The translations under genes were made by a program, and so were the position numbers. A DNA stretch of 64,000 nt from a virus (Duplodnaviria > Caudoviricetes): IMG/VR virus record IMGVR_UViG_3300025383_000009, one strand, 5' to 3'. Within the stretch, counting starts at the first letter, position 1; every line of letters starts with the position of its first letter. The notes under the pieces are model-generated. The model saw nothing but the letters and a program-made list of their open reading frames with translations. It did no database searches and was not told the origin of the DNA. Positions 53,772 to 64,000 of this stretch are shown here, one piece after another.

Positions 53772-53772
53772 C

Positions 53773-54252
53773 TTAAGCTCCAGGACTTCCAGAAATGTTT
53801 TGAGCACCGACTTTAGTTTCATCATCGTACTCACCATATTTTTCGTACTCAACTTTAGAGTAGAAGCCTTCTTGTTTATGAAGCACTAAGTAACCAGTGA
53901 CTGGAACACCAGATGCACCTTCTTTGATGATAACGATATCCTTGTTATTGTTTCGATTTTCAGTAATACCGTTGCCTGTTAAATCTAAAAATGGAGCATT
54001 TTCTGGAGCACATGCAAGGATGTTCTCGCCATTTCTAGTAATCCTAATAGCAGATCCAAGTTCTCCAGTAAAAATCATCTTAGCTATATTAACTACAGGA
54101 CCAGTTGCACCAGTAGCACCAGTTGCACCTAATACTTGGTCTGCAGAAGCTAAGCTTGTAAGAGCAAGTACTCCAGTAGCACCATCGACAGTATCTACTT
54201 TAACAACTACTTCTTTGTTTGTGTTCTTGATTATGTAGGTATATACAGCCAT
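53773..54252 (-). CDS. Hypothetical head-region structural protein
   Basis: Position in the head operon; GATGATG repeat. Confidence 0.6.
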   Translation of the reverse strand: MAVYTYIIKNTNKEVVVKVDTVDGATGVLALTSLASADQVLGATGATGATGPVVNIAKMIFTGELGSAIRITRNGENILACAPENAPFLDLTGNGITENRNNNKDIVIIKEGASGVPVTGYLVLHKQEGFYSKVEYEKYGEYDDETKVGAQNISGSPGA

Positions 54253-54254
54253 TC

Positions 54255-54794
54255 TTATTCTCCGATTTGTTTAAGCACATCGATAAAGTTTTCTTTGCTT
54301 TCTCTCATGTGCTCAATGATTTCTTGTTCATCATGAAACAACTCAGCCAACTTATCTTGAGTAGTCTCATTGATAGCAATAATTGTGCCATCTTCCAATT
54401 TGTAGTCGATCTTACCTTCTACGATCTTATCAAACTTATTAAGATTCCTAATATCTCTTACGACAGGGTCTACAGTAAATTGTTTAGAGGAAGCAAAATC
54501 TACGTATGACTCTATTAAAGTATCTGTTACTTTTACATCGTAATATTCTTTAATAATGTTTGCTATCTTGTTATCTGATATGTCTTCGTATAGTTCTGTC
54601 TTAATTTGCTCTTCTATGTTTCTTGTCGTATGTTTTGTCTTAATGTATTGTCTTGCTTCCTCTAAATCTGTAAAAGAAGTCTTCTCACCATCGATAAGGA
54701 TCTTACCGTTGGATGCCTGCTCAATAAGGTGTCCGTATGAGTGGACTCTAGCTGTAGTGCCAGTTAAGGCCTTAAGAAAGCTTCCGTATTGCAT
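54255..54794 (-). CDS. Putative prohead core protein (gp68-position)
   Basis: LEDGTIIAI...ESKENF pattern; lies between portal and protease. Confidence 0.5.
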   Translation of the reverse strand: MQYGSFLKALTGTTARVHSYGHLIEQASNGKILIDGEKTSFTDLEEARQYIKTKHTTRNIEEQIKTELYEDISDNKIANIIKEYYDVKVTDTLIESYVDFASSKQFTVDPVVRDIRNLNKFDKIVEGKIDYKLEDGTIIAINETTQDKLAELFHDEQEIIEHMRESKENFIDVLKQIGE

Positions 54795-55258
54795 TATTTT
54801 GTTCTATCTGAACGTAAAAAGTTGCTGCACGTAACCATATAGTCTTCAGCTAACGTGATCTTTGTTTCTACCCATTCGGGCAATAGATCATCAGGCTTGA
54901 TCATAGCAAGCAACTCAGTGGTGTTATGTAGTACACTCTTTAACTGGTTGATTGACATACGAGCATCCTTCTTAGCATCGAATGACTTTTCTGTCTCTTC
55001 TTTATGATACTGAGCTGGACCACCAGGATTAACTTCCTGATCTCCAAACACACCTTCCTTCTTCATCTTTTTCTTCTTGCTTTCATAGGCAATGTTTAAA
55101 GACGTAGATGGCATCGCATCTCCCTTAGAGCCGCTTGGTTCTGCTTGTAAGTCGTTCATAGAGCATGTAGGGTTATATGCTGACTCTTTACTGCAAGCAC
55201 ATTTCCTAGCAGCTTCTAGTAAGCTAGGATCGAACTGTGATGCGTCTAGTTTACTCAT
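54794..55258 (-). CDS. Putative prohead core/internal protein
   Basis: MSINQL...ELL...LPEWVETKIT.AEDY domain. Confidence 0.55.
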   Translation of the reverse strand: MSKLDASQFDPSLLEAARKCACSKESAYNPTCSMNDLQAEPSGSKGDAMPSTSLNIAYESKKKKMKKEGVFGDQEVNPGGPAQYHKEETEKSFDAKKDARMSINQLKSVLHNTTELLAMIKPDDLLPEWVETKITLAEDYMVTCSNFLRSDRTK

Positions 55259-55709
55259 GACCCATCTTCTTGCCAGCCGCGGCAGCTTTTTGGAACTTTT
55301 CTTTACCGTATTTTTTACGGCCGATTGCTGCTGCTAAAGCACCAGGATTCTTAACACCAGCTTTATGAGCTAGTTCACCTTTAAGCTTTGCAAAGCCTTC
55401 GTATTTTTCTTCTAGTTCAAGAGTATTCTCTTCATCAAGACCTTCGAAGTCTTCGTCTGTTAAAGACTCGATGATAGATGCTAATTCATCTGTATCGATC
55501 TCTTCTGCAAAGAGTTCTACTTCCTCTTCAACAACTTCTGCTTCTTGTTCTGATTGTTCTGTTGCAAACATACCCTTAGCAACGTTAACTCTCATATCTT
55601 CTAGTCTTGTAGAGATACGTGTAGCCATTTCTGCTTGAAACGCTGCATCGATAGCTTGTGAATCACCAGAATCGATAGCTTGAATTAAGTCTTGTACGCC
55701 TTGTGACAT
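55251..55709 (-). CDS. gp67-like prohead core protein with basic C-terminal extension
   Basis: DLIQAIDSGD...F...M...RLEDMR..VA..MF directly after portal. Confidence 0.65.
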   Translation of the reverse strand: MSQGVQDLIQAIDSGDSQAIDAAFQAEMATRISTRLEDMRVNVAKGMFATEQSEQEAEVVEEEVELFAEEIDTDELASIIESLTDEDFEGLDEENTLELEEKYEGFAKLKGELAHKAGVKNPGALAAAIGRKKYGKEKFQKAAAAGKKMGHE

Positions 55710-57289
55710 TATACTTCTCCTTTAGTTTTATTTGGTGGTGGTAGTGATGGTGCGGTTGGACCTGCGCCCATTCCACTATCAACTGGAACACCGTTTTGCA
55801 TAGCCATCATGGCCTGAATCTCTTCTTGTTCTGCGTTAATCTGTTTCTCTATCTCTTCAATCTCTTCTTCAGACTGCTTGAGTACATGACGTTTTACAAA
55901 CTCCATGCTGTAGAACGTACCAATATATGGCTGTATCTGGCTTAACGTACTGATCCTATTAGACAACACCTCGGCTTCTTTTAACTCTGCAAAGTGGTTG
56001 TCTTCTTGGAAGTCAAACCGTATATCTTGTACGATCAATGGCCATTCATCTGGTCTAATGATCTGTTTTGCAATCAATTGTACCCTAAGAGCTTCAGCAA
56101 ACAACACAGAGAACTTACGTCTAACGCGTTCAATGAACTTATTGAACTTGATCTCATCTCTTGTTACTTCTGTAGTTCTACCAAGACTAAAACCTTCTTG
56201 TGATTGTAACCTTCCAATAGGTACATTCAAGCATTGATATAGTTTATTTTGGAAATATTGTATGTCTTCGATCTGACCGAGGTTTTGACCGCCGGAAAGG
56301 GTAGTGATTTCAGTACCTTTTCCACCTTCTCTTCGAGGCATCCAAAAGTCTTCCATCATAGAGAGGTGTTTACGGTCGTCTCGTATCTCGCCAGTGGCTG
56401 CATCGTAGACAACTTTATTTCTATACTTGTTCATGATATCATTGACGTACTGCTCAGCTTTAAGCTTTGGCAAGTTACCTACGTCAATGTAAAATATACG
56501 TCTTTCAGGTGCTCGCGATACCCTGTAAATAACTAGAGCATCTTCGATCATCTTTAATTGGTTTACAGGTTTGATCGCTTTATGTAGGTAACCTAACATT
56601 GAGTTAGAGTTAGCATCGATCAGTCCTGAAGGACAGTAGATTACCGAATCAATCGATAACTTAACGCCTTGACTTGTATTCTCGTTGATACCCTTATCGT
56701 TATAGATATAGAACTCTTCTATGCCTACTACGACGTCGATACCCTTATCGTTCTTACCTTTCTTGATATTCTTGATACGTCTGATCTTGCGTGGATCAAT
56801 GAAACGTAGTTCTTGAATACCGTTCTTAAGGTTCTCTTCATCTAATAGTATGTGATAGTAAAGTCTACCATCCACATACCAAGACCTAAATATATCGTGA
56901 CCTTTTGTACCAAACTTATAAAGCTTAAGTATCTCATCAAACTCTGCCTGTATCATCTTCTTTACAGAACTAGATAAGTTTACATCATCTAGTACTACCT
57001 CTACAGGAGCTTCGTCTGAATTAGCTACGATAGCTTCATTAACAATGTCTTCCACGGCATTATCACAGTCGCCGTATTGGGAGATCTCCCTATAACGACG
57101 GATTAAGTCGTTCTCATTTTTGATAACACCTTCAAGGTCTACAGTCATGCCGTAGTAGGCAGCTGCAGCTCCTAGTGTAGATATTACCGTGGAACCATCA
57201 TCAGGAGCCGGGGTAACAACCTCAGCTCCAGGTCTTATCTTTCTCTTGTCTTTCTCAGCACGATTTATTTCAAATCCAAATATTTGCAT
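55709..57289 (-). CDS. gp20: Portal protein
   Basis: WYVDGRL, EDALVIYR..RAPERRIFYIDVGNLP, EDFWMPRREGGKGTEITTL.GG. Confidence 0.99.
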   Translation of the reverse strand: MQIFGFEINRAEKDKRKIRPGAEVVTPAPDDGSTVISTLGAAAAYYGMTVDLEGVIKNENDLIRRYREISQYGDCDNAVEDIVNEAIVANSDEAPVEVVLDDVNLSSSVKKMIQAEFDEILKLYKFGTKGHDIFRSWYVDGRLYYHILLDEENLKNGIQELRFIDPRKIRRIKNIKKGKNDKGIDVVVGIEEFYIYNDKGINENTSQGVKLSIDSVIYCPSGLIDANSNSMLGYLHKAIKPVNQLKMIEDALVIYRVSRAPERRIFYIDVGNLPKLKAEQYVNDIMNKYRNKVVYDAATGEIRDDRKHLSMMEDFWMPRREGGKGTEITTLSGGQNLGQIEDIQYFQNKLYQCLNVPIGRLQSQEGFSLGRTTEVTRDEIKFNKFIERVRRKFSVLFAEALRVQLIAKQIIRPDEWPLIVQDIRFDFQEDNHFAELKEAEVLSNRISTLSQIQPYIGTFYSMEFVKRHVLKQSEEEIEEIEKQINAEQEEIQAMMAMQNGVPVDSGMGAGPTAPSLPPPNKTKGEV

Positions 57290-57322
57290 TATATAACCTT
57301 TATAATATTAATTTCCCGCCAA

Positions 57323-57919
57323 TTAGATTGGTAATGGGAATGTACCTACTGGTGTAGTTACAGAAGCATTAACGCCGAAAGCGCTGGTACCGACTGTAGT
57401 ATTAGAAGTCCAGTAGTTGTAGTTAAACTCAACGTCGAACATTTCAATTTGATTGTTGGCATCATAGTCAAGTGTAATTTGGCCCACTGATGTAGGATAC
57501 GCATCATGGAACTTATATGACTTGATTGTTGCGCCGTTACGATCTAATTGATTAACTATTAAGTCAACTTGATAAGCTCGTGGGTTTGTAAGGCCGTTTG
57601 TTTGTGCGTTGTTCATGATACCATCTGACCATTTTTCCATAGCATCCCTGATCAAGAACGTTGTATCGTTATAGATCGTTACTGTCCATGGAGCAAATGC
57701 TCTTTCACCTGCAAAGTTAACTTGACGGCCTCTGTATAAGATCTGCATGTTCTCTACTGTAGAAGCTGGTAATGTAGTAGCTTTACATAAGAACTGTGAA
57801 CTTAAACCTACAGCCGCACCAGTTTGTACGAATGCTGGGAATGTTAATTGAACATTAAACTGGTTGGGACGAGCTCCGCCACCAATCAGTTGTGCTTTAA
57901 AATCGCTAATGTTTGCCAT
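57323..57919 (-). CDS. gp19: Tail tube protein
   Basis: GGGARPNQF, AGERAFAPWTVT.YND, YP..VG.I.L.YD. Confidence 0.95.
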   Translation of the reverse strand: MANISDFKAQLIGGGARPNQFNVQLTFPAFVQTGAAVGLSSQFLCKATTLPASTVENMQILYRGRQVNFAGERAFAPWTVTIYNDTTFLIRDAMEKWSDGIMNNAQTNGLTNPRAYQVDLIVNQLDRNGATIKSYKFHDAYPTSVGQITLDYDANNQIEMFDVEFNYNYWTSNTTVGTSAFGVNASVTTPVGTFPLPI

Positions 57920-57945
57920 ATTTTATCCTTTATTTTTCCTATTAT

Positions 57946-57953
57946 TATTTATA
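57946..57953 (-). promoter_or_regulatory. Late promoter TATAAATA
   Basis: Upstream of gp19. Confidence 0.75.
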
Positions 57954-57955
57954 TG

Positions 57956-59665
57956 TTATGCACCGATTTCAGAGAAACTTACTGAAGATCTTGCTGCAAT
58001 AAAGTTCAATGTAATGAAGTTGATTGAACGGTTAGGTTTAATATAGATATCGGCAACAAATTGGTTAGCGTCGATAACTTGACCTGTATTATTTGTATCG
58101 TCACAAACAACTGCAAAGTCAGTAACACCACGTCTACCTTGAACGTCTCTTAAGTAAGGAGTGATCAAGTTAACGAACTGAGCTCTTGTAAAGCTGTCAT
58201 TAAACTCAAATAATTGGTACTTAGCTGCAACTGCAATAGCTTTTTCAAGTACGATGAATAACCTACGTACGTTGATACGATCAAATGCGCTTGGTTTAGC
58301 AAGCAATGTCTTATCACCGTAGAGGATTGTACCTTGACCAGGGAATGTTACTACTGGGTTTACACCAGCTGCATATAACATGTCTCTGTCTGTTTGCATT
58401 GGGTTAACTGCAAGCTTAACAACGTTCTTAATTTGACCTCTGTTGAAGCCACCTGGTGACCACCATGGATCATTTGTATGATCTGTACGGGCGCATAGAC
58501 CAGCAACGTCACCGTTTAATGGAACCCATCTGTATACGTCGTTGTATCTATCGTATTGGTATTTGTAACCAGAATCTAACACTGCATAAGAAGTGCTTGA
58601 TAATGAGTTTCTAAACGTTACGATGTTATCGATAGCATTAGCAGCTCCTGGAGTAATGATGTCATTACTTGGATCTAATGGAGAGATGAACACAACGCAG
58701 TCAAGTCTTGTCTCTGCTACGTTACTGATAACGTATTGAGCGACAGTTGAAGAAACTTTACCTGTTGGGATCAACGCGATGTCGTATTGATCTGCATTAG
58801 CAAATATATCAAAGCCATCTTGTAATTCACCGTCTGTAGCAGCAAAGTCATCTACACCGCCTAAGAGCGTCTTAGTAACGACAGCTGAAAGGTCTTTAAA
58901 GCCATTGTTAAGAGCTACAGAGCCCCAAGCCACGCCGCTTGTACCAACTCCATTGACTGAAGTAGATACTGATGTTGTATGATCCATCCACCAGATGTAT
59001 TGTGATTGGCTGTTGATTACGTTCTTATAGTAGTTGTTTGTACCATTTGTTTGTACTGCGTCTGATGCTTTAGATACGTATGAGTATTTTTCTAAGATAG
59101 CACCGATAGTACCAGTCCATAGACCATGTGCATCTACTACAACGATATGGAGTTCGTCATTTGAACCACCAACTGATGCTGCGTATGTAGATGTAGAAGG
59201 AGCCAATGGGAACTCTGACTCATATTCCCAACCTGAGAAGGTTGTTGCATCAGCCATTGAAACTGTGATTGAGTTACCTAATGCACCTGGGTACTTAGCA
59301 GCCCATTCACCTACAGAAGCTTCGCCAGCAGCAAAGTTTTCTAGGTAATGATCTTGGTTTTTAATCTTAATAGCTGTTCCAGAAGCTACTGCATTTTTAG
59401 CATTAGTAGTGTCTACTCGAACGGTTAATAGGTTATTTGTGTAAGCAAGGAAATTTGCTGCAGTGAAAAATGATTGCGCTGTCGCATCTGTTGGTCCACC
59501 AAAACGTTGGACTAAAATTGTTTCAGATGAGATTGTAACAGGATCTAATACGGGACCCCAAGCAAACACACCAGCGAAAGCACCTGTAGATGTTGAAACT
59601 GCAGGAACGATCTCTGAAAAATCTTTTTCTACTACCGCAACTCCTGGAGATAATTGGAACGGCAT
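57956..59665 (-). CDS. gp18: Tail sheath protein
   Basis: LSPGVAVVEKD, WWSPGG.NRG, FDRINVRRLF, YIKPNRSINFITLNF. Confidence 0.98.
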   Translation of the reverse strand: MPFQLSPGVAVVEKDFSEIVPAVSTSTGAFAGVFAWGPVLDPVTISSETILVQRFGGPTDATAQSFFTAANFLAYTNNLLTVRVDTTNAKNAVASGTAIKIKNQDHYLENFAAGEASVGEWAAKYPGALGNSITVSMADATTFSGWEYESEFPLAPSTSTYAASVGGSNDELHIVVVDAHGLWTGTIGAILEKYSYVSKASDAVQTNGTNNYYKNVINSQSQYIWWMDHTTSVSTSVNGVGTSGVAWGSVALNNGFKDLSAVVTKTLLGGVDDFAATDGELQDGFDIFANADQYDIALIPTGKVSSTVAQYVISNVAETRLDCVVFISPLDPSNDIITPGAANAIDNIVTFRNSLSSTSYAVLDSGYKYQYDRYNDVYRWVPLNGDVAGLCARTDHTNDPWWSPGGFNRGQIKNVVKLAVNPMQTDRDMLYAAGVNPVVTFPGQGTILYGDKTLLAKPSAFDRINVRRLFIVLEKAIAVAAKYQLFEFNDSFTRAQFVNLITPYLRDVQGRRGVTDFAVVCDDTNNTGQVIDANQFVADIYIKPNRSINFITLNFIAARSSVSFSEIGA

Positions 59666-59725
59666 TTTTTTGTTTCTCCTTAAATTATGATTTTTATGAT
59701 ATAGTTAGAGTCACCTCTACACATA

Positions 59726-59733
59726 TATTTATA
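59726..59733 (-). promoter_or_regulatory. Late promoter TATAAATA
   Basis: Upstream of gp18. Confidence 0.75.
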
Positions 59734-59737
59734 AGTC

Positions 59738-61327
59738 TTAAAAATTCAATAGGACCTGTTCGTCCTGACCGCCCCTACCATCATCCATGAATCCGAATGG
59801 GGTCAGCTCATCCTCTATCTGTTTGATACGATTCTCATACATTATCTCTCTCAAGTTAACGTTGTTGAGCTCTTTAAAGTATGGGTTGGTGGTCAGCCAA
59901 CTAAATAGTACTAAAGTCATGACCAAATCATCATGATACCCTTCATCCGCCTCGTAAGAGCCTTTGTTGTTCTCGATGAAGGTCGAGATCTCAGCTATGG
60001 TGTCCATGTCCTGTATAAGCAGCTTGTTCTCTTCCACCAAAGACTTGAAATTCATACAACCAATACGTTTTACTTTCTTATCAGTGTTGACACCTAGTTG
60101 AGTCTTACCTCCACCAAAGCCACCTGACACTACTTGACCGTCTACGCCTCTATTGACAAACAATAGGTTATCATACTCCATCTCACCGTATAGGATCTGC
60201 GCTACTTGTTCTGAGGAGTTAACCTCAAGCAATACGTATGCTTTATTATACTCTGTCGCTACTTTGTATATGACTGAAGGGAATAGCATAGGGCTAATCT
60301 GGTTGTCCCTATACTTTGCCACTTGCTTGTATGGTGCTGCTGTCACGTCTATGATTGAGAATGATGAGAAGTCACCTCCCACACCCTTTGCAGTATCAGC
60401 CACTAAGCAATAGCTATGATCCTTGATAGGCTTTTCATATACATCAAGGCCATCCTTACTATGTATAATGAAGCCAGCAGATAGCCTCCCGATCACATCG
60501 GCACGCACCAGAGTGAGTGCAGAACCAAGGAAGTTACACATAACCTCTTGGTTATATTTTAGTTCACCAAGCTGTCTCCTTTGCTCCTCTGCCCACTTCT
60601 CATCCCTACCTGGGATTCGTGTGTACGGGATATATAATGGAACAAAGTCATTGCGCTTATTTTCTGCATCGTTCCAAAACTTCCAGAAGTGGTTGTAACC
60701 TAATGGAGTAGAGCTTAGTAATATCTTTGTCGTTTCACCTGCAGATATCGTTGGGTAGACTGAAGTAAAGAAGTCATCAGCTACGTTGTTAGGTATGATC
60801 GCGGCTTCGTCCACATACAGCATGTTGACAGATTTACCTCGGATACCAGAAGATGTTGTAGCTGCAGTGAACACCTTTGAATTGTTCTCAAGTTCTATAT
60901 CTCCCTTGTTCCATGTAGTAACACCCTGTTGTAACCACATAGGTAAGTTCTCATACATCAGCTGATACCTGTATAAGACCTCACGGGCGGCGGTGGCTTT
61001 GTTTGCCAAGATCGCGACTTGCTTCGATTCCTGAAATAGTGTATACCATAAAATATATGCTGCACTAGTTGTCGTCTTACCTTGTTGACGACCTTCCATA
61101 AGGATAACTTTTCTATTCTCATGTATAACCTTCACCTTTTCCTTTTGGCAATCATATAGTTTAAAATCAATAAGACCATGATCAAGTGATATGATCTTAC
61201 AATAAGTTTCAATAAAGTAGATCGGGTCGGCAGCACACTTCATGTACTCCTTGACTTGATCCTCAGTAAAAGGGATGTTGACACCAGCAGCCTTTAACTG
61301 ACTATTGGCGTTGTAGTTCTTTGACAT
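59738..61327 (-). CDS. gp17: Terminase large subunit
   Basis: RQQGKTT, YVDEAA, LSSTPLG.NHF, DTAKGVGGD, HDDLVM. Confidence 0.98.
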   Translation of the reverse strand: MSKNYNANSQLKAAGVNIPFTEDQVKEYMKCAADPIYFIETYCKIISLDHGLIDFKLYDCQKEKVKVIHENRKVILMEGRQQGKTTTSAAYILWYTLFQESKQVAILANKATAAREVLYRYQLMYENLPMWLQQGVTTWNKGDIELENNSKVFTAATTSSGIRGKSVNMLYVDEAAIIPNNVADDFFTSVYPTISAGETTKILLSSTPLGYNHFWKFWNDAENKRNDFVPLYIPYTRIPGRDEKWAEEQRRQLGELKYNQEVMCNFLGSALTLVRADVIGRLSAGFIIHSKDGLDVYEKPIKDHSYCLVADTAKGVGGDFSSFSIIDVTAAPYKQVAKYRDNQISPMLFPSVIYKVATEYNKAYVLLEVNSSEQVAQILYGEMEYDNLLFVNRGVDGQVVSGGFGGGKTQLGVNTDKKVKRIGCMNFKSLVEENKLLIQDMDTIAEISTFIENNKGSYEADEGYHDDLVMTLVLFSWLTTNPYFKELNNVNLREIMYENRIKQIEDELTPFGFMDDGRGGQDEQVLLNF

Positions 61328-62069
61328 TAGAATTGAGCTTCCCAGTTCTCAGTCACTGGAGCAGTTGGAGAGTCAGCTGTTGCAGTATACTTATTGATAG
61401 GATCTGCACCTTCTTGTTGTGATACGTTCGCCTTAACAGTGGTGATGAGGCTTTGATCTTGTACTGGGCCATACATGCTAGTCTTGATAGTAAACGATAG
61501 TGTATGGACTACGAAGCGTCTCTCAGTAAATTGACCATCATAGTTATCTTCGACAGTTACGCTGTTTAATATGATCGGTATACGTTGTGTGATCTCTACA
61601 CTCGGTAAAGCATTGATTGCTAAAGAGTATTCTGGATTAAACGTAGGTAAGATTTGCTCGATGATCTGCATCGCGTCTTCCTGCGTCTTTGTCAACACAT
61701 ACAGGTTGATGTTTATATTGTATGGCGTTGGAGATAATACAGACTTACGGATAGGGTTTGATGCAGTACTCTCGTCTGTACAATTAATCATCTGCATCTT
61801 ATTGGTCTTACGTGAAGAGTCGTATGTATAACCAGTTATCTCAAATGATAGTCTTGGTAAAGATATGTAGGTATTATTTGTTAAGTTTGGGTCTTGCTCG
61901 ATACGAAGCAGCCACTTCTCCTTAGGAGCATAGGCAAGCGGGACGGCAAGGGTTTGTACCACGTTACCGTTGTTGTCTTCTCGAGCTATCTTGATATCAG
62001 AGAATAAACGACCAAACGCAACGATCGTCTTTCGTATGGTACCATGATAGTATGTTAACCCATTAAGCA

Positions 62070-62070
<1 letters not shown>
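61327..62070 (-). CDS. gp15: Tail sheath stabiliser / terminator
   Basis: YYHGTIRK.IVAFG.LF, VPLAYAPKEK, QIIEQILP.F.P. Confidence 0.95.
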
Positions 62071-63400
<1,330 letters not shown>

Positions 63401-63401
63401 A

Positions 63402-64000
63402 CTATCCTAAAAAGAATTCCAACGGAGCAGCCTTATTCAGCATCTCATCTTCGAGGTCTTTGATCTCCGCTATAGCTTCTGAATATAGAGAAGCCCCATC
63501 AAGGATCACACCGCCTGGTAGTTGGATATTACCAAACTTCTTGATGTTTGTAGCCCATTGGCGTTTGAATAGTGCTGTAACGTAGTGACGGAACCAAGGT
63601 TCATTCCATACTTTACTGAAAGTTGCTGGGTCAAGAGCTCTGTAGCACTCAACAACGATGAAGTCACCGATAGTCAACGCAGAGTCCCAGTTAACATCAA
63701 GGCTTAACCTACCCATCATACGGTTAAACCTATATAGTGGATAGCCGTTTAGTTCTAGGTTAAGTAGAGAGATGTGTGACATAACAGTCTTATAGTAGAT
63801 CAATGACGTTGAAGTCAAGTCATATAAGTCGTTAAGTCTTAGTTGATATTGTAAGTCAAATAAGTTCTTTGAGCTGGATGCTGCATTAAACGGGATGACT
63901 CTTGTGATACCATAGATGTAGTCTGGTAGCGGGAAGTAATGTAGGTCATATGTACCTAATACTGCTCCGTCTGCAGATATAACCGCTGTCGCTCCATTAG
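63402..64000 (-). CDS. gp13: Neck protein, partial (extends past right edge)
   Basis: Frame open to the window edge: FDLQYQLRLNDLYDL...KRQW..N..KF...LPGGV.LDG. Confidence 0.93.
   Translation of the reverse strand, partial: NGATAVISADGAVLGTYDLHYFPLPDYIYGITRVIPFNAASSSKNLFDLQYQLRLNDLYDLTSTSLIYYKTVMSHISLLNLELNGYPLYRFNRMMGRLSLDVNWDSALTIGDFIVVECYRALDPATFSKVWNEPWFRHYVTALFKRQWATNIKKFGNIQLPGGVILDGASLYSEAIAEIKDLEDEMLNKAAPLEFFLG

Overview
A 64-kb segment of a T4-like myophage genome, with essentially all genes on the minus strand. It reads right to left as follows. (1) Neck, tail and head morphogenesis: gp13, 14, 15, 17, 18, 19, 20, core proteins, 21, 22, 23, 3. (2) uvsY, uvsW, erpA, gp55, gp47, gp46. 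(3) An early region with a CobT/VWA-MoxR pair, then gp45, gp44, gp62, regA. (4) An island of host-like genes: pqqA, rpsU, an RpoZ-like gene and hsp20. (5) A DNA-hypermodification-like cluster. (6) Small early genes, then gp30 and gp43. (7) A hydroxymethylcytosine module (gp42, cd), uvsX, gp40, gp41. (8) A late operon whose products mostly begin with a T4 capsid-targeting-like peptide. The host is probably a betaproteobacterial methylotroph (Methylophilaceae-like PqqA); this is an inference. The strongest novelty candidates are: a putative virion-packaged cargo system (ligase-like, nucleotidyltransferase-like and nuclease-like enzymes plus protease-cleavable polyproteins); a cytosine-based hypermodification pathway (two amino-acid:DNA-transferase-like paralogs, a PLP enzyme, a BGT-like/SGNH hybrid and a UDG-like protein); a phage pqqA missed by the ORF track; an RNA polymerase omega homolog; and an AUU start for the prohead protease. 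All family calls come from motif recognition by eye; no searches were run.
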